DNA of 64,000 bases from Trichodelitschia bisporula (Eukaryota), in assembly GCA_010356995.1 (NCBI GenBank), contig ML996691.1, forward strand, positions 502,174 through 566,173. Reading direction: 5' to 3'. Of this stretch, positions 45,887 to 59,561 are shown in pieces. Made by a program: the position numbers and the translations under genes. The number at the start of each line of letters is the position of its first letter. Positions within the stretch are counted from its first letter, which is position 1. The notes under the pieces were generated by a model. It did no database searches, had not been told where the DNA came from, and saw nothing but the letters and a program-made list of their open reading frames with translations.

Positions 45887-48446
45887 GATGGCTGTTAATC
45901 GGCTAAGGGGCGCCTTTGCGGTACCAAGGAAAGGCGAAACATTTGAATTGAGAGCCGGCCTAGTGTGAGAAGTCCTGCGATACGACTCTCTAGAACATAC
46001 CACTGACGCGTTGGGGCAACTACAGTTCTCAGTATGCCTACGAACGGTAAGGCTAATTCAGCCCCTCGTAGCGACTTGTGCTGAGCTAGGCGCAGCAAAG
46101 AGGCTATCCAGAAAACAATCATGTCAATGACGTTGGGTAAGGACGTTTCCGCGCTGTTTCCCGATGTCCTCAAGAACATTGCCACATCCGACCTCGACCA
46201 AAAGAAGCTGGTTTATCTCTACCTCATGTACGTCGCTGGAGGGCTTGTGATGCTAATGAGCTTACACTATCAGGAACTACGCCAAATCCCATCCCGACCT
46301 GTGCATCCTGGCCGTTAACACCTTCATACAAGACTCGGAGGATCCAAACCCCCTTGTGCGGGCACTGGCAATCAGGACGATGGGTTGCATCAGGGTCGGG
46401 AAGATGGTTGACTATATGGAAGAACCGCTGCGCAAAACGCTCCGTGATGAATCGCCCTATGTCCGCAAGACAGCTGTCCTCTGCGTCGCCAAGCTGTTCG
46501 ACCTGAGCCCGCAAACGTGTATCGAAAACGGGTTCATCGAGACTCTACAAGAGCTGGTCGGTGATCCCAACCCAATGGTTGTTGCGAATTCCGTCACCGC
46601 CTTGGTCGAGATAAGCGAGACCGCTCCAGAAACGAACGCCTTTGTCATTTCCCCAATCACACTGAAGAAGATGATGCTCGCATTGAACGAATGCACGGAA
46701 TGGGGCCGCGTCACCATCCTGACGGCCCTAGCGGAGTTCAAAACCGCGGACATCAAGGAGGCTGAGCATATCTGCGAGCGTGTCGCGCCACAATTCCAAC
46801 ACGCCAACCCCAGCGTTGTTCTCGCTGCTGTCAAGGCAGTCTTTCTTCACATGAGAATCATCAATCCCGAATTAGTCAAGTCGTACCTGCGGAAGATGGC
46901 GCCTCCCTTAGGTGAGTTCGTTCTTTACTGCTAGTATGCCGCTGATCAGGCCGCAGTCACGCTCGTGTCCTCGCAACCAGAGGTTCAGTATGTCGCTCTG
47001 CGCAACATAGATCTTCTATTGCAGAAGCAGCCGGACATCTTGAGCAAAGAGATGCGTGTCTTCTTCTGCAAATACAACGATCCACCCTACTTGAAACTCC
47101 AGAAGCTGGAGATAATGGTGAGGATAGCAAATGAAAAGAATGTCGATCAGCTGTTAGCCGAGCTCAAGGAGTATGCCATGGAGGTAGACATGGATTTTGT
47201 GCGACGTGCGGTCAAGGCGATCGGACAAGTCGCTATCAAAATCGAGGAAGCGAGCGAGAAATGCGTCAACACTCTTCTCGATCTCATCGCTACCAAAGTC
47301 AACTACGTTGTTCAAGAAGCTATTGTGGTCATCAAGGACATTTTCCGGAAATACCAGGGATATGAGGGCATCATTCCCACGTTGTGCCAATGCATCGACG
47401 ACTTGGATGAACCTAACGCGCGGGGATCTCTGATTTGGATTGTTGGTGAGTATGCGGAGAAGATCAATAACGCCGGAGAGATCCTTTCTGGGTTCGTAGA
47501 TGGCTTCAACGAAGAGTTTACTCAGGTACTTCCAAACACGAGCTGCCGATATGCCTTACTAACAAACGCAGACGCAACTGCAAATCCTTACTGCAGTGGT
47601 GAAACTTTTCCTCAAGAAGCCAGACCAGTCCCAGGGTTTGGTACAGAAGGTTCTTCAGGCCGCCACCGCAGGGAATGACAACCCCGATGTACGCGACCGG
47701 GCCTATGTCTACTGGCGGTTGCTCTCGAGTGATCCTCAGACCACTAAGGTATACCATTTGAGACTCGAGTTAGACATGGCCTGACTTGTTCCAGAACGTG
47801 GTTCTATCCGAAAAGCCGCCCATCACCTCCACCATCCAGTCTCTCCCTCCCGCTCTCCTCGATACCCTCATTGCAGAACTGTCTACGTTGGCATCTGTAT
47901 ATCACAAGCCTCCAGAGACGTTCCTAGGTCAAGGGCGTTTCGGCGCGGAAGCGATGCAGAAGGCGGCCATCGAGTAAGTTGCCGGTTGACTCTTTGGGCC
48001 GCATGTAACTGACTTTGTGTAGGGAGCAGCAGCAATTGGCTCGCGAGAACCCCATTGCTGCCGCTGCTGCCGCGGCTGCCGTATCCGGCAGCGTGGTACC
48101 TCAAAGCAACGTGGAGAATCTGTTGGATATCGACTTCGATGGCTCAGCTCCCGCATCACTCCAGGCACAGCCGACGGGTAGCAGCACGGACTTGGAGGGA
48201 CTCGCAGGCACCCCGCAACGAGTAGAGTCTCCGGCAGCGGGGCTGGTTGGAGCAACAAGCAACATGGACGACTTGATGGGCCTTTTCGGCGGCGGCGCTC
48301 CAGCCCCGTCGGCATCATCTGGGACAGACGACCTGCTGGGCGGCCTCTCCGGATTGAATATGGGTGCCGGAAATCAACCACCACCGCCGACTCAGCAACT
48401 TGCCGCACAGAAAAAGAACACGGAGGATATACTTGGGCTCTTCTGA
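45887..48446 (+). CDS. APL2: AP-1 adaptor complex beta subunit (multi-exon)
   Basis: [80 protein letters not shown], clathrin box LLDIDFD, C-terminal DILGLF. Confidence 0.95.
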
Positions 48447-48950
48447 GCGGTCAAGTTTGCCTCGTGGATGAAGGATGAAGGAGCTACGTGATATCCTAGG
48501 AAGCCAGCTAAAGGATAGCTATGTGACTGAGACGTGTATCATGGACGGAGTAGACATGATGGAATGAAAGCAAAATCGGACGGACAGCCATGATGCTGCT
48601 TTTCGCTCTGTGCCACATTCAACCTGTCTGTAGGACTCAGCAGGAGATACTACGACAACAGCTATCAGACTGTTGGTATCAGACAGCCGTGACAGCTGCA
48701 TGGTCTTGGCCCTTGAGAACGCGAGGTTCCAAGCGCGACTGCTGAGTCATGCACTGCGCCGCTCACGGAACTGTGGCGCTCAGTGACGTTTCTTCGATCG
48801 CTGGCTAGCTTGTTGCCTTGACCACTGCCCCCCAAAACATTGCGCAAGCTAATTCACCCTCTATTTCCCACCTCCCCCCCTCACAAATTGTTCCCCTCGG
48901 GCTGCTGATTCTAGAGGCAGTGTCCTTAACACTATAGTCATTGCATCAGC

Positions 48951-51519
48951 ATGTTTATGATCAACCGCTGTGTGTAAACCCTGTCGCGCGTCTCTTTATC
49001 TTCCTTCGCTCCTGGGGCAAGCCCCACCATCTCACGTCGCAACACCATCAGCTAACCCCGCTGTAGTAGGAAAGTGGTTTTTCGGCGACAGCTCTAAGGA
49101 ATCACTTATCGAAATACCCGAAGGTCAACTCTACATTGTTCGCCCGCTGTCGCCAAAGGGTTACTCCGAGCTTATCTACAAAGACGCCCGTGCCGCCATC
49201 CGTCGCACTGGTACTGAGTTCAACTTCCAGTTGGTCATAACCCGGGCCTACGAAGAAGGCGAAGAAGATCTTCTTGCTGAGGAAGAGGGAGCAGATACTG
49301 CGGAAGATATCTTGAACCAAGACGAACAAGTCTTCCTGCTCGACGAGTCGCTCCAGTTTCGAGTGGACATTCGGAACACAGGGGAGAAGGTTTTCGCCTG
49401 GAAAGATCTGAGCGGCTCGAACGGTGACCTCTGGGAGTTTGTTTGTGACTTCTCTACGGACCCCGACATAGTTGGTACCTTCGAGCTTGCAGCCCTGCGT
49501 TGCCAGTTCGAGCGCAAGTACAGGAAATCGTCGGAAGAAGCAACTGAGGAGCAGCTGCATGAATTCGTCTTCGCCGACGAACCAATCCCTACGGCAAGCC
49601 CTCTTCTGAGCCCTTCGAAATCGAGGTCCCCAACCCTTTCGCCATCACCTACCTCCACGAGGCTCCAGGCCGACGCAGCTTCAGCGTCGAGAGACAGCAT
49701 GGCACCAAAGGCCTTGGTGAAGGCCAAAGAGCCGGAAAGCAAGCAACTCGTGGCTCCGGAGTCAGCAGAACATCCAGAGCACCGAGAAATCTTGGCTCGT
49801 GAAGTGGCCCAGCTTCATCTATTCGACTTTGAGTCGGGCACTTTCATCCTGCAGGACGATGCTGTGGAAGCGGTTGTCGTGGATCTCGGTAATTGGGACT
49901 ACTGGCTCAAAGTCACTGGGCAAGAGCGGAGCTGGCTCGGTCGAACCATCGAGGATGATATCAACCCGGTCTTCAATTTCGAGTTCTTGTCTGCCATCTT
50001 CAACGTCTATGGGCGCGATAATTCGGCGCATTCTTGGCTGTTGAGGTTCAAGGATCAGGCCAGCCTGGAGCAATTCCAGCAAGGCCTCATGCAAGCACTC
50101 TGGGAGCACACCAATCAAACCAGGTGGTTGAAGCTCAAGGACAACGACCGCGAGTACGTACTGGATGCCTTCCAGGACTTGGCTCTGGAAGATCAGGAAG
50201 GGGAGCCGCATGAGGAGGAAGAGGAGGAGGAGGAGGAAGACGAAGAGGATGGGGAGAACTTCGGAGGCCGGCGCAGTGAGAAGTACGATTCTGACGAGTC
50301 CGAGGACGACGTCACGACTCGTGACAATGACGGCAATGTCAACTCTCAACTGGCAGTGGGCTACAAGCACGACCGTTCTTTTGTTGTCCGGGGCTCGAAG
50401 ATTGGCGTCTTCAAACACACCGAAGACAATCACCTGGAATTTGCAACGAACATCTCCAAGGTTCAAACTCCTAAAGGCAAGCTGTTCAGCCCGAAGAAGA
50501 TCATGCTCCATGCGGGAGACCGCGATATGATCCTTCAGAACACAGACAATCCCAACTCTGTATATCGTATGGATCTTGAGGTCGGAAAGGTTGTGGACGA
50601 ATGGAAAATCCATGAGGATATCCCAATTACTACATTCGCGCCGGAGACTGTGAGTCACCGTACATCCCACCAGTCTCGGAGCTAACAGATGGCGCAGAAA
50701 TTTGCTCAGATGACCGACCAGCAAACCTTCTTAGGTCTTTCGAACAACGCGATGTACCGCGTTGACCCGCGCTTAACGGGTAACAAGCTGGTCGAGTCAA
50801 ATATGAAGTCTTATGCTTCGAAGACTGGATTTACGACTGCCGCTACGACAGACAAGGGTTACATCGCCATCGGCTCCGCCAACGGTGACGTTCGGCTTTT
50901 CGACAGACTGGGTGTCATCGCGAAGACGGCGCTGCCCGCACTCGGGGATCCCATCATTGGCTTGGATGTCTCTGCCGATGGTCGATGGCTGCTGGCCACT
51001 ACTCGTACCTACCTCCTGCTGGTTGATACTCTGCAGAAGGACGGTAAATTCGAAGGAAAGCTGGGCTTCGAACGTTCCTTCCCGAAGGACAGCAAGCCTC
51101 AGCCGCGCCGCCTCGCTCTTTCACCCAACCATGTTGCTCAGTTCCAGCACGAAACTAAGGCTCCGATCTCCTTCACCCCGGCGAAGTTCAACACTGGCCC
51201 TGATACCGAGGAGACCACCATCGTTACCGCTACAGGTCCCTTCATCATCTCTTGGAGCATGAAGAAGCTTCTGCGTGGAGTGAAGGATCCGTACAGCATT
51301 AAGCGGTACAGCGAAGTTGTCAAGGCAGACAACTTCCGGTTCAACTCTGACAAGGGCATCATTGTTGCCCTGCCCAATGAAGTCGACATGGTGAAGAGGG
51401 CAGCGCTGAAACGCCCGACTCGTGAGAGTATTGCGGCAACTCCCAGAATGAGTGCAGGCGGACGGAGGAGCACGCGGGGGTATCTGGGCAGGAGCGATAT
51501 TGTGAACAGTCCTTACTAA
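48951..51519 (+). CDS. VID27: Vacuolar import and degradation protein 27 (3 exons)
   Basis: GQLYIVRPLSPKGYSELIYKDA, PH-like region, acidic tract, NSQLAVGYKHDRSFVVRG, AKTALPALGDPIIGLDVSADGRW, IVNSPY*. Confidence 0.93.
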
Positions 51520-54500
51520 TCCTGCTTCAAGGTTCCTTGCTCGAGACTTTTCAAGCAAGAGTTGTCTGAAGACACCAAACGAGGCTATTTTTCCTCATCG
51601 GGGAAGGTTCATTGAGGTCTACTCTCATTATTTTGATATACCTGTCAAACGGTAATGGTGGGAGTGTCTGGGGCGGTCGAGGCTAATTGCTAAGTGAGAT
51701 TTGGGAGCTCTACGCTGGGTGGAGGGAGTCTGGTACGTTGCGGCGTTGCAACGATGGGATTGTCTTTCTTGTCCGTTAGCAGCGCCATTCCTGCGTAACA
51801 CTACGATCCATGGTTTTCGCAAATCTACCATGACCTCTGTATTTGTGAAGAATGCTTCATTCGTATTTCGCCGAATCTTGGCCCCCACCATCACCGACAA
51901 GGCTGAAACATGTTGATCTGGGTCAATTTAACCAAGACGCGTGGTCAACTGCATGGTGGATCCGCAGCTGCAGAACGAACTGTAGCATATCGGTGAGGCT
52001 GAGATCGGACATGATGGGAAAGCGAGGCGGCTGAGCGCACCCGTGTACGCGTCAACCTAACCGAGTAATGCGGGGCAGCGAGCTTAATGGCTGGGAATTA
52101 TTCGAGGGAAACAGGTGTCTAGGCTTGAAGCGGCGTTGAGCTGCGAGAGAACTCCTAATGGGACGTTGCTCTTCCGGATCTAGATCTAATTTTGTCCATC
52201 CGGCCCGAGAAGGATGCGCTGCTCAAGTCTATACTTGCACGCGGATGCTGAAGAAAGTGAGCAGTCACATTTTCGTTTGAACGCCACTCCGCATCGTCGC
52301 AACAGGAACGTGCAGCGAAAGTGCATGCAGGATTGCAAGCAAGGGTCAAACTGACGTTGAGTGGCCTGGCAAAGGCACAACGACTGCAGTACTCCACATT
52401 TCATGCTGAGCCATCTTTGATCCTTGAAATCGGACCTCGTTGCCGGAATGGAGGAGCGCTTGGGTATCTTGTTGTGTCGAGCATCGGAGCTGGCTACCTG
52501 TTTGATCTCTCGGTATGGCGCTTTTCAGTGTCTTCATTTTGCCTAATTTCTCCTGCACGTTAGCTCAGAGCGTCTTGAAGCATGATGCAAGTCAGCCTTG
52601 TCATTCACACCCTGCTTGGCATGTGCGTCAGTATTTGCTCAGTTCAATGAGGGCGTGGCGCATCCTCAGAGACAGCGCCCACTCACAGCTCAGGGATGGT
52701 AAGTACCGAAAACACCTGAAGCATCGTCTGTTGTCTTTGCTAAGTTGCCTTACTCAACACGCTAATGATACCGGAACGTCGAGGGGCAAGACACACGCGT
52801 GGCTTGTATTTGAATCTGCTCGAGAGGTTTAGCGTATGCCCGAAGCTCATCCGAGGCAAGTGACATACGACCTGCGTGCATTTCATACTGATCACGCCTT
52901 CAGACCTAACTTTCTGTCGTGAGAAAGACATATCCCATGAACAGCTGCGACCATGTAAGCCAGCTGCTTATAAACCAAAGGCAGGTACCCTCAACTCCGA
53001 CGCATGTATCCCTTTCCAATTGGTTCACGAGCTGCTGTTCTGCATGGCTCACCGGACGCTTGGGTAACACAGTGGACCTGATCAGTAGCCGCGAGAAGCG
53101 GACGGAAAAGCCGAACGGCTGAGCTTCAAGATCCTTTCACCTGCAAGTATTTGCAGCCTGCACCAGAAGCCACGCTGCTCTCCGTAGTGAGGAAGTTCAA
53201 GCGGTCAATCTGGAGCTCCATCGTCGCCTTATTGGAGGGATGCCTTTCATGTGCTTGTCGTCCAGTTCGGGTTGGGATAAGCTTTTTACTGTACCGTATC
53301 GGTAAACAATCAGTTGAGGAGACCAGATGAGTGATCATCGGATTGCGCTCGCTTCCTCTAGGTTTTCTTGCGACATAATGGTCTCAAGGGGGTTTGGCTC
53401 TGGATTGAGGTTATCAAAACGGTCCAGTAACACAACATGACAACTGTGTAACCATGGCTTGCTTTGGAGCAAGCAGGACCGGTGGTAGGGGACCGCGCCT
53501 CCATCTGCACCATCGACATTGTCAATTTAGAGGGTTTGGCAAAAGCATACTTTGGGAGTAATTTGGCGGCGGGGTAGAGGCGATTGAAATGGCCAAAATG
53601 AAGAAGACACAGACAGAGAGAAAGAGAGAGAGTGTGTGTGAGAAAGAGAAAGAAATTGATATAGGCTTCTAGTGGAGCACTTTGCCATGTGGTCTGAGAG
53701 CCATATGATGGGACTATTAGGTACATGAATAACGATATGCACCAGTCAAATGCGATGCCGATGCCAAGGCCTAGGCCCGCTCAAAACAGCGTTCCCCCAC
53801 GTCCCGCTTCTTGACTCTTCTTCCATTCTCGTCGCTTTCTACGCAGCTTGACTCCTGTCGTCTTGTCAACTACCATTCATTTCACTTTCTCCGCGGTTAG
53901 CTGCGTCAAACTTCTCGGCTCCCCTCCGGCTGAAAGCTGAGGGAGTCGTGTAACGAGAGCCTTCAGACGTGCTCCCCTGGAACTCCACCATTCCTTTGGC
54001 ATCCTTTTCGACTGGAGTACTACGCAGTACAGTATGTGTTTAACGACAGCACGTCATTCAGTGATGAAATATATCGAAGCATAGCAACTACACATTTACT
54101 GTTTTCCCCATAACAAGGTACTCTCCTCTATCTCCTCTTTCTCTGTCCCTCTCTCTTGCCGTTGTTTCTCCACCCTAGCTGTCATCAAATCCCACCATGC
54201 AACCAAACATGCGCGCCGCTTGTGCGCGTGCCACTTCGCCCCATTTCCGAAGGCCCTTTGATAAGCCAAAACTGCAGAAGAGTCAGGCAGCTTGCATGTA
54301 TTTTCCGTATTTGCCATCCATATCTTCCAATCGCACATCATCCGCTGCTCCCTACACCGCCGGATGTACAGCCTGCAGGGTATCGCCCGGGAAGAAGAAG
54401 CAATTCAACCGCGCTAAATAGTTTGCCCATTGTTGCATCACGTTGCCTTCAGGCTAGTGGTGTCCTAAAGGCAGGCTAGTGTACTCTCAATCGTCTCTAC

Positions 54501-55709
54501 CAGGCCACTCTCCGTATGTACTTGCAGTGATCGAACTGTTGTTCTCATGGCTGTTATTACCCTTCTAATTGCTGCAGTCTGCTCTATCCTAATGGCGAAC
54601 AGGAGCCGATCAATCACGATCAGGATTCGGTCTCCATAAACTACCGCGAGGCTTCGAAAGGCTGTATGCACCATCAAGCTTCGACCTAATGCGGCCGTTG
54701 CTGCGGAACGCCTCCAAAGACGCCATTTGAACTTCGAGAAGGACTCGCAGCAGGTCACTGCTTCCCGGACGTTTCACCCTAGCTTACCATTTCGTCGGTC
54801 CGATTCATTATATTCATCCAGTATTGTTGCGAAAGTCAGTGGCGGATTGTGGGCATCTCGACCTCTCTGCAAGCCGACGCGTCAACCATCAGCCCGCCTT
54901 GAACGCACTTCGCATCACCCCCGTAGGCTCCGTAACTTTCGTTACCTGACTCTCTCCCTATTCTGCCGACATACCTCAGGGTGATTATCGTCACCAAGCA
55001 CGGCTGTACATTGCTTCTCGTATACTGATAGCGCGAAGATGATGCGAGACAGCGGTTCGACATTTTGACTACCAGCTCATCTCTGTCCACCCTCCCGGCA
55101 CCTTGACTTATCCAGAGATTGCAAAGTCAAGGCTGAAATTCCGGTTCACTTCCCCTGTCGCATACATGCCTATCCCTGCCCTGGAAAACCGCCCTTCCCG
55201 CACCCTACTGAGCTGTCTGCTGGGTTTGAGGACTCGAGGCCCCGCCGGCGCCCCGCAGCCTTACTGGGCACCTCACACCCCCACAGTCAGGTAAACTTCC
55301 CGCTTGCCTTGCTACGAAGAAATCTTGGAAGATCACTACGCACGTGTCACCCTTGGTACCGTCTCTATGGATACCGAAGGTATTGGACGGCATGAGCATG
55401 GTTCTGCCGCCTTAGGACATGCTGCGCTGTCGTTGTTCTCCCAAATCTCCCACACTAATTCGCAAGGCGACGTCCTAGCCAACTGTAGAAGTACATCAAG
55501 AAAAAGTATACACCCCATCCCACATCCCCATTCTCACAGTCGGAGATCGTGTCCGAATCGTGTTAGTCAAATGCTCTCGCTTCGTCTTTCACACCATTGG
55601 GTGGCGTACTTCTTAGCATTATATCAATGCGCCGCCTCACTACCATTATCCACTTCCCCTCCATCTTACCAACCCACCCTCATCTCTTACTTTGAGTCCC
55701 ATCCGAATC

Positions 55710-57889
55710 ATGGACGTTCCCGGCCGAAGCAAGGATGTTAACAGCGAGAAACAGGTCCCTCCGCAGGCATCAGTAACTGCGAAGTCCAACAAGCTATTAG
55801 AATTTCAACCCCCATCCACCCCGCCGCCGCCAATGGCTACAATCGCCGATGAAGATGAGCGACTTCTCGCTAGGATTGGCTACCGTCAGGTTAGTGTTCT
55901 CTAGTAGGAGAAAGCATCCAGTAGCAAGATTACTAAAGTAACCTTCAACCACAGGAACTCAAAAGAGAATTTACAAAATGGTCCACGGTCTCCTATGCCA
56001 TATCCATCCTCGGTGTCCTGGGGTCAGTCCCAGCAACTTTTGCCGTTCCTATAGCTTCCGGGGGGCCTGCCACTGCAGTTTGGGCCTGGTTCATCGGCTC
56101 AGTTATGGCCATGTGCATTGCGAGCTCAGGTCAGCATCCCTCCGCGAAATATTCCCGAAGCGGGAATTGACAGTGTTAGTGGCTGAGCTTGTATCGGCCT
56201 ATCCAACGGCTGGTGGAATGTACTTCGTTACGAAACACGTCGTTCCCAAGGAGCACGTCGCCATCTGGGCTTGGATCATAGGATGGTGCAATTTTCTGGG
56301 CCAAGCGGCAGGAGTCGCGAGCCTGGCATACACCATTGCCCAGATGATCCTCGCGGCGGTTGTGATGAACTCGCCGTCGCGGGATGGGTTGTACACCTTC
56401 ACACCGTAAGCTAAGCCCCCCTTTATGGTCGCTGTGGTCTCCTCGTTCTAATGTTGAACAGGAAGCCATTTCAGATCGTCTTGTTAGCGATATTGATTCT
56501 CTGTCTGTTCGGAACTATATGCTCCCTTACGACTAAGAATTTGAATCGGATTGTACTCTGGTTTGCGCCTATCAACAGTACTCCTCGCAAAAACGTGCTG
56601 CTGTGTACGGAGACACTGACAACCAACAGTTGCGGCCTCCGTCGGTATCTGTATAGCTCTTTTGGTTTTGACGCCAGACAAAAGAAGTGCAACCTGGGTC
56701 TTCACAGAAGTAACGGATGGCTCTGGATGGGGGAGTAAAGGATTCTCATTTTTGCTCGGGTGCGTTTGCTACCTGCTCTCAAGGGCCTCTTGCTTTCGAT
56801 CGGATCTGTTACTGACCCCGGTGTTTAGCTTCCTCTCAGTTGCGTGGACCATGACGGACTACGATGGGACTACACAGTATGTTTCACTTGCTCCCTGACT
56901 GGACCGATGATGGCATCTAACGCTACAAACAGCATGTCCGAAGAGACACACGATGCAGCAATTCGAGGCCCCGTCGCCATTCGGGTTGCCATTCTGGTCT
57001 CGGGAGTTGTGGGCTGGATGCTTACCATTACATTTTGCTTCTGCATGTCCGACTTCGACAGCATTATGGCCTCACAAACGGGACTCCCAGTTGCTCAGAT
57101 ATTTCTGAATGCTGGAGGTAGAGCAGGTGGGACGGTCATGTGGTTCTTCGTCATCCTCGTCCAGTTTTTTACAGGATGCTCTGCCATGCTGGCAAACGCA
57201 CGAATGGCGTACGCTTTTGCTCGTGATGAAGCCTTTCCGCTGTCTGGGTATGTCTCTGCCTTTAGAGACGGCAACATCTAATGCATTGGCAGGGTTTGGA
57301 GTAAAGTCAACACCGTCACACATACGCCTGTCAACGCCGTCTGGCTTGTCGTCACATTTTGCAGCTGTTTAAACCTCATCGGCATAGGCTCGACGCAGAC
57401 CATAGTCGCTATATTCAACATCACGGCACCAGCCCTTGACCTCAGCTACATTGCCGTCATAGTCGCCCATCGCGTCTACGAAAACACCGTTCCTTTCATC
57501 GAAGGCCCTTACACCATGGGGCGATGGAGTCGGCCTGTCAATACCGTCGCTGTCGTTTGGGTACTTTTCATCAGCGTTGTACTCTTCTTCCCCCCTGTGA
57601 GACCCATCACAGCGACAAACATGAACTATGCTGTCTGTGTTGCCGGGGTTATTGCGCTGGTTAGCATGACCTGGTGGTTTGTGTCCGCAAAACAGTACGT
57701 CTCACTCAAATCCTCTTTATTTTACTCCTTGCTTTCTTTCCGCGGGTCTTCGATCTTGAAGTTAGTACTGACATATCTTGCAGCAAATACACTGGGCCTC
57801 GAACGAAGGAACTACTCATCGAAATACCCGCCGACGATCCAGAGGATTTGATTCGATCGTATTCGCCCCCTCAGTTAATTACCCCATGA
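55710..57889 (+). CDS. APC-superfamily amino-acid/GABA/polyamine permease (UGA4/gabA/BAT1-like; multi-exon; start could be 55710 or 55833)
   Basis: LLARIGYRQ|ELKREF, GGPATAVWAW, AELVSAYPTAGGMY, WTMTDYDGT..MSEET, RMAYAFARD, TPVNAVW, NMNYA. Confidence 0.9.
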
Positions 57890-59561
57890 GCCAGCCCGAC
57901 TCCTCAAATTTGATGCCGTCAAGCTTGCGATTCTTGGGCATAATTTGGCCATCACTCGACATGCATGCAGGGCCTGCACGACTTTGGTGACAATGCAACA
58001 TCATCTCGATCTTCTGCATGCAGATGAGGGCTGTGTTGGGCTGTATCTGCCTGTTGTCGGATATCACACAGAACCGTAACCGTAGTGCAGTTCCTCCACT
58101 CTGAGGATGTCAGGAGATAGATAAGGGGACAGATGTGAACTTGAGGCGACATTGATCACAGGCCATTCCAATGAAATGGTCCAACGGCTTGTTATGGTTG
58201 AGGTCGCACAATAATGAGCTTCTTTTTCCATCAACGTCAGGTTCGTTCAACATGAACCGCAATGAAACCAAATAGCAGCTGGCCGTGTCCACAGTTCTGG
58301 TTCCACCCTGCATCGCTCTGTGAAAAGCTATTGCGACAACCGTGAACGCATCACAACTCCACAGTGCACAGATCGGCAAGTCCATGCGGCAAGGCATCCG
58401 GACCGTAACCCCGGGTCCCAGAGTCAGGAACCATTCAAATCCCGGCGCCCTCTCCCCACCGCTCACCGCATCGTCCTATGACCAAGGCCCACGAAGTTAT
58501 CAGCTCCTGGGCCCGATCCAAGGCTGCGGGAGCCCAAGCCTTCTATTCTTTTTTTCTCCACGGGCCCAACCTTAATTGCTTGCTGTGTGCCGACTGCCGT
58601 CCGTCCGCAACCGGCCGTGGGGTTCACCGTCCAGGCGGCACCTGCCTAAGTGGGCTGGCGCCTCGGCAGGCCGTCATGTGCATGTTTGGCCGCAGCCTTA
58701 TCCGGGTGGCGGCATGGGCCGCGAGAAGAAGAACTGTGGAGAGAATGATGTGGTCCGGTCGTGTGCCCACGCGGAAATTTTAGATCGGGCATCGATCTGA
58801 AGGCGGGAAGGATTTAAGGCCTGCACCTATGGAGGATGAGGTGAGAAGGTGCAGTGTACGTAACTTGAGTTTGCGCCCCGGCGAAATGACGCCCAGGCGA
58901 AGTGACGCCCAACGCTTGTGAGCGGAGCGGCTGCCATGTGGTCGTGGGGGGGGAGGGCGTTGTCGGAATGTGAATACGGTAGTACGGTAGTTCTGTAGGT
59001 GATCGGGTTGTGTGGCCATGGTAGATATACAGGCCTGTGGGTGAATTGGAAGGAAACTACGAATGTCAAGGCTATGGTGTCTCAAATGTACGTTTGCAGT
59101 TGTGTACTCCGTGCTAGCAATTACCACTTGCACTGTACAGTTGAATTAGTATGATATACTTCTCATTCTTCAAGCTGACACATGGCCGGACGGTATCATA
59201 AGAATGGCTGAAAAGATGGGCATTAAGAAATTTCAACATAGGTCTGATCGGGCTGCGGATGGGCTGGAGAGAATTTCGGTGTACGAGGTGGTGGTGATGG
59301 TGGGTGGTGAATTATTAGTGCGGGGTTGGTGTGGTGAAGGCAATAATAATGGCAAATGCAACAACGTCATTGCCCACCCCCCGACGGACGGACCAGGTTG
59401 CTCCGTACTCCGTGGCCAAGACAGCACGGACCAGAAACCGAAATCTTGTGAATACCGTACTCACGTGAGTTGGCGCGAACTTCGAGAAAGCAAAAAACGA
59501 CCATCCCCTTAACCAACACGCGCCTCTCACAAACTCGCGACATCCACAACCCTTCTTTACC

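Noticed and set aside
51895..51945. TTGATCTGGGTCAAT resembling the 3' half of a TPP riboswitch upstream of the permease
   Set aside because: No preceding CUGAGA..AUACC element in the right order and no GAUAAU..CCAGCG. It is also ~3.8 kb from the gene.
51600..55500. 4-kb intergenic region, including a small hairpin near 53919-53945
   Set aside because: The ORFs lack family features and one short hairpin is expected by chance.
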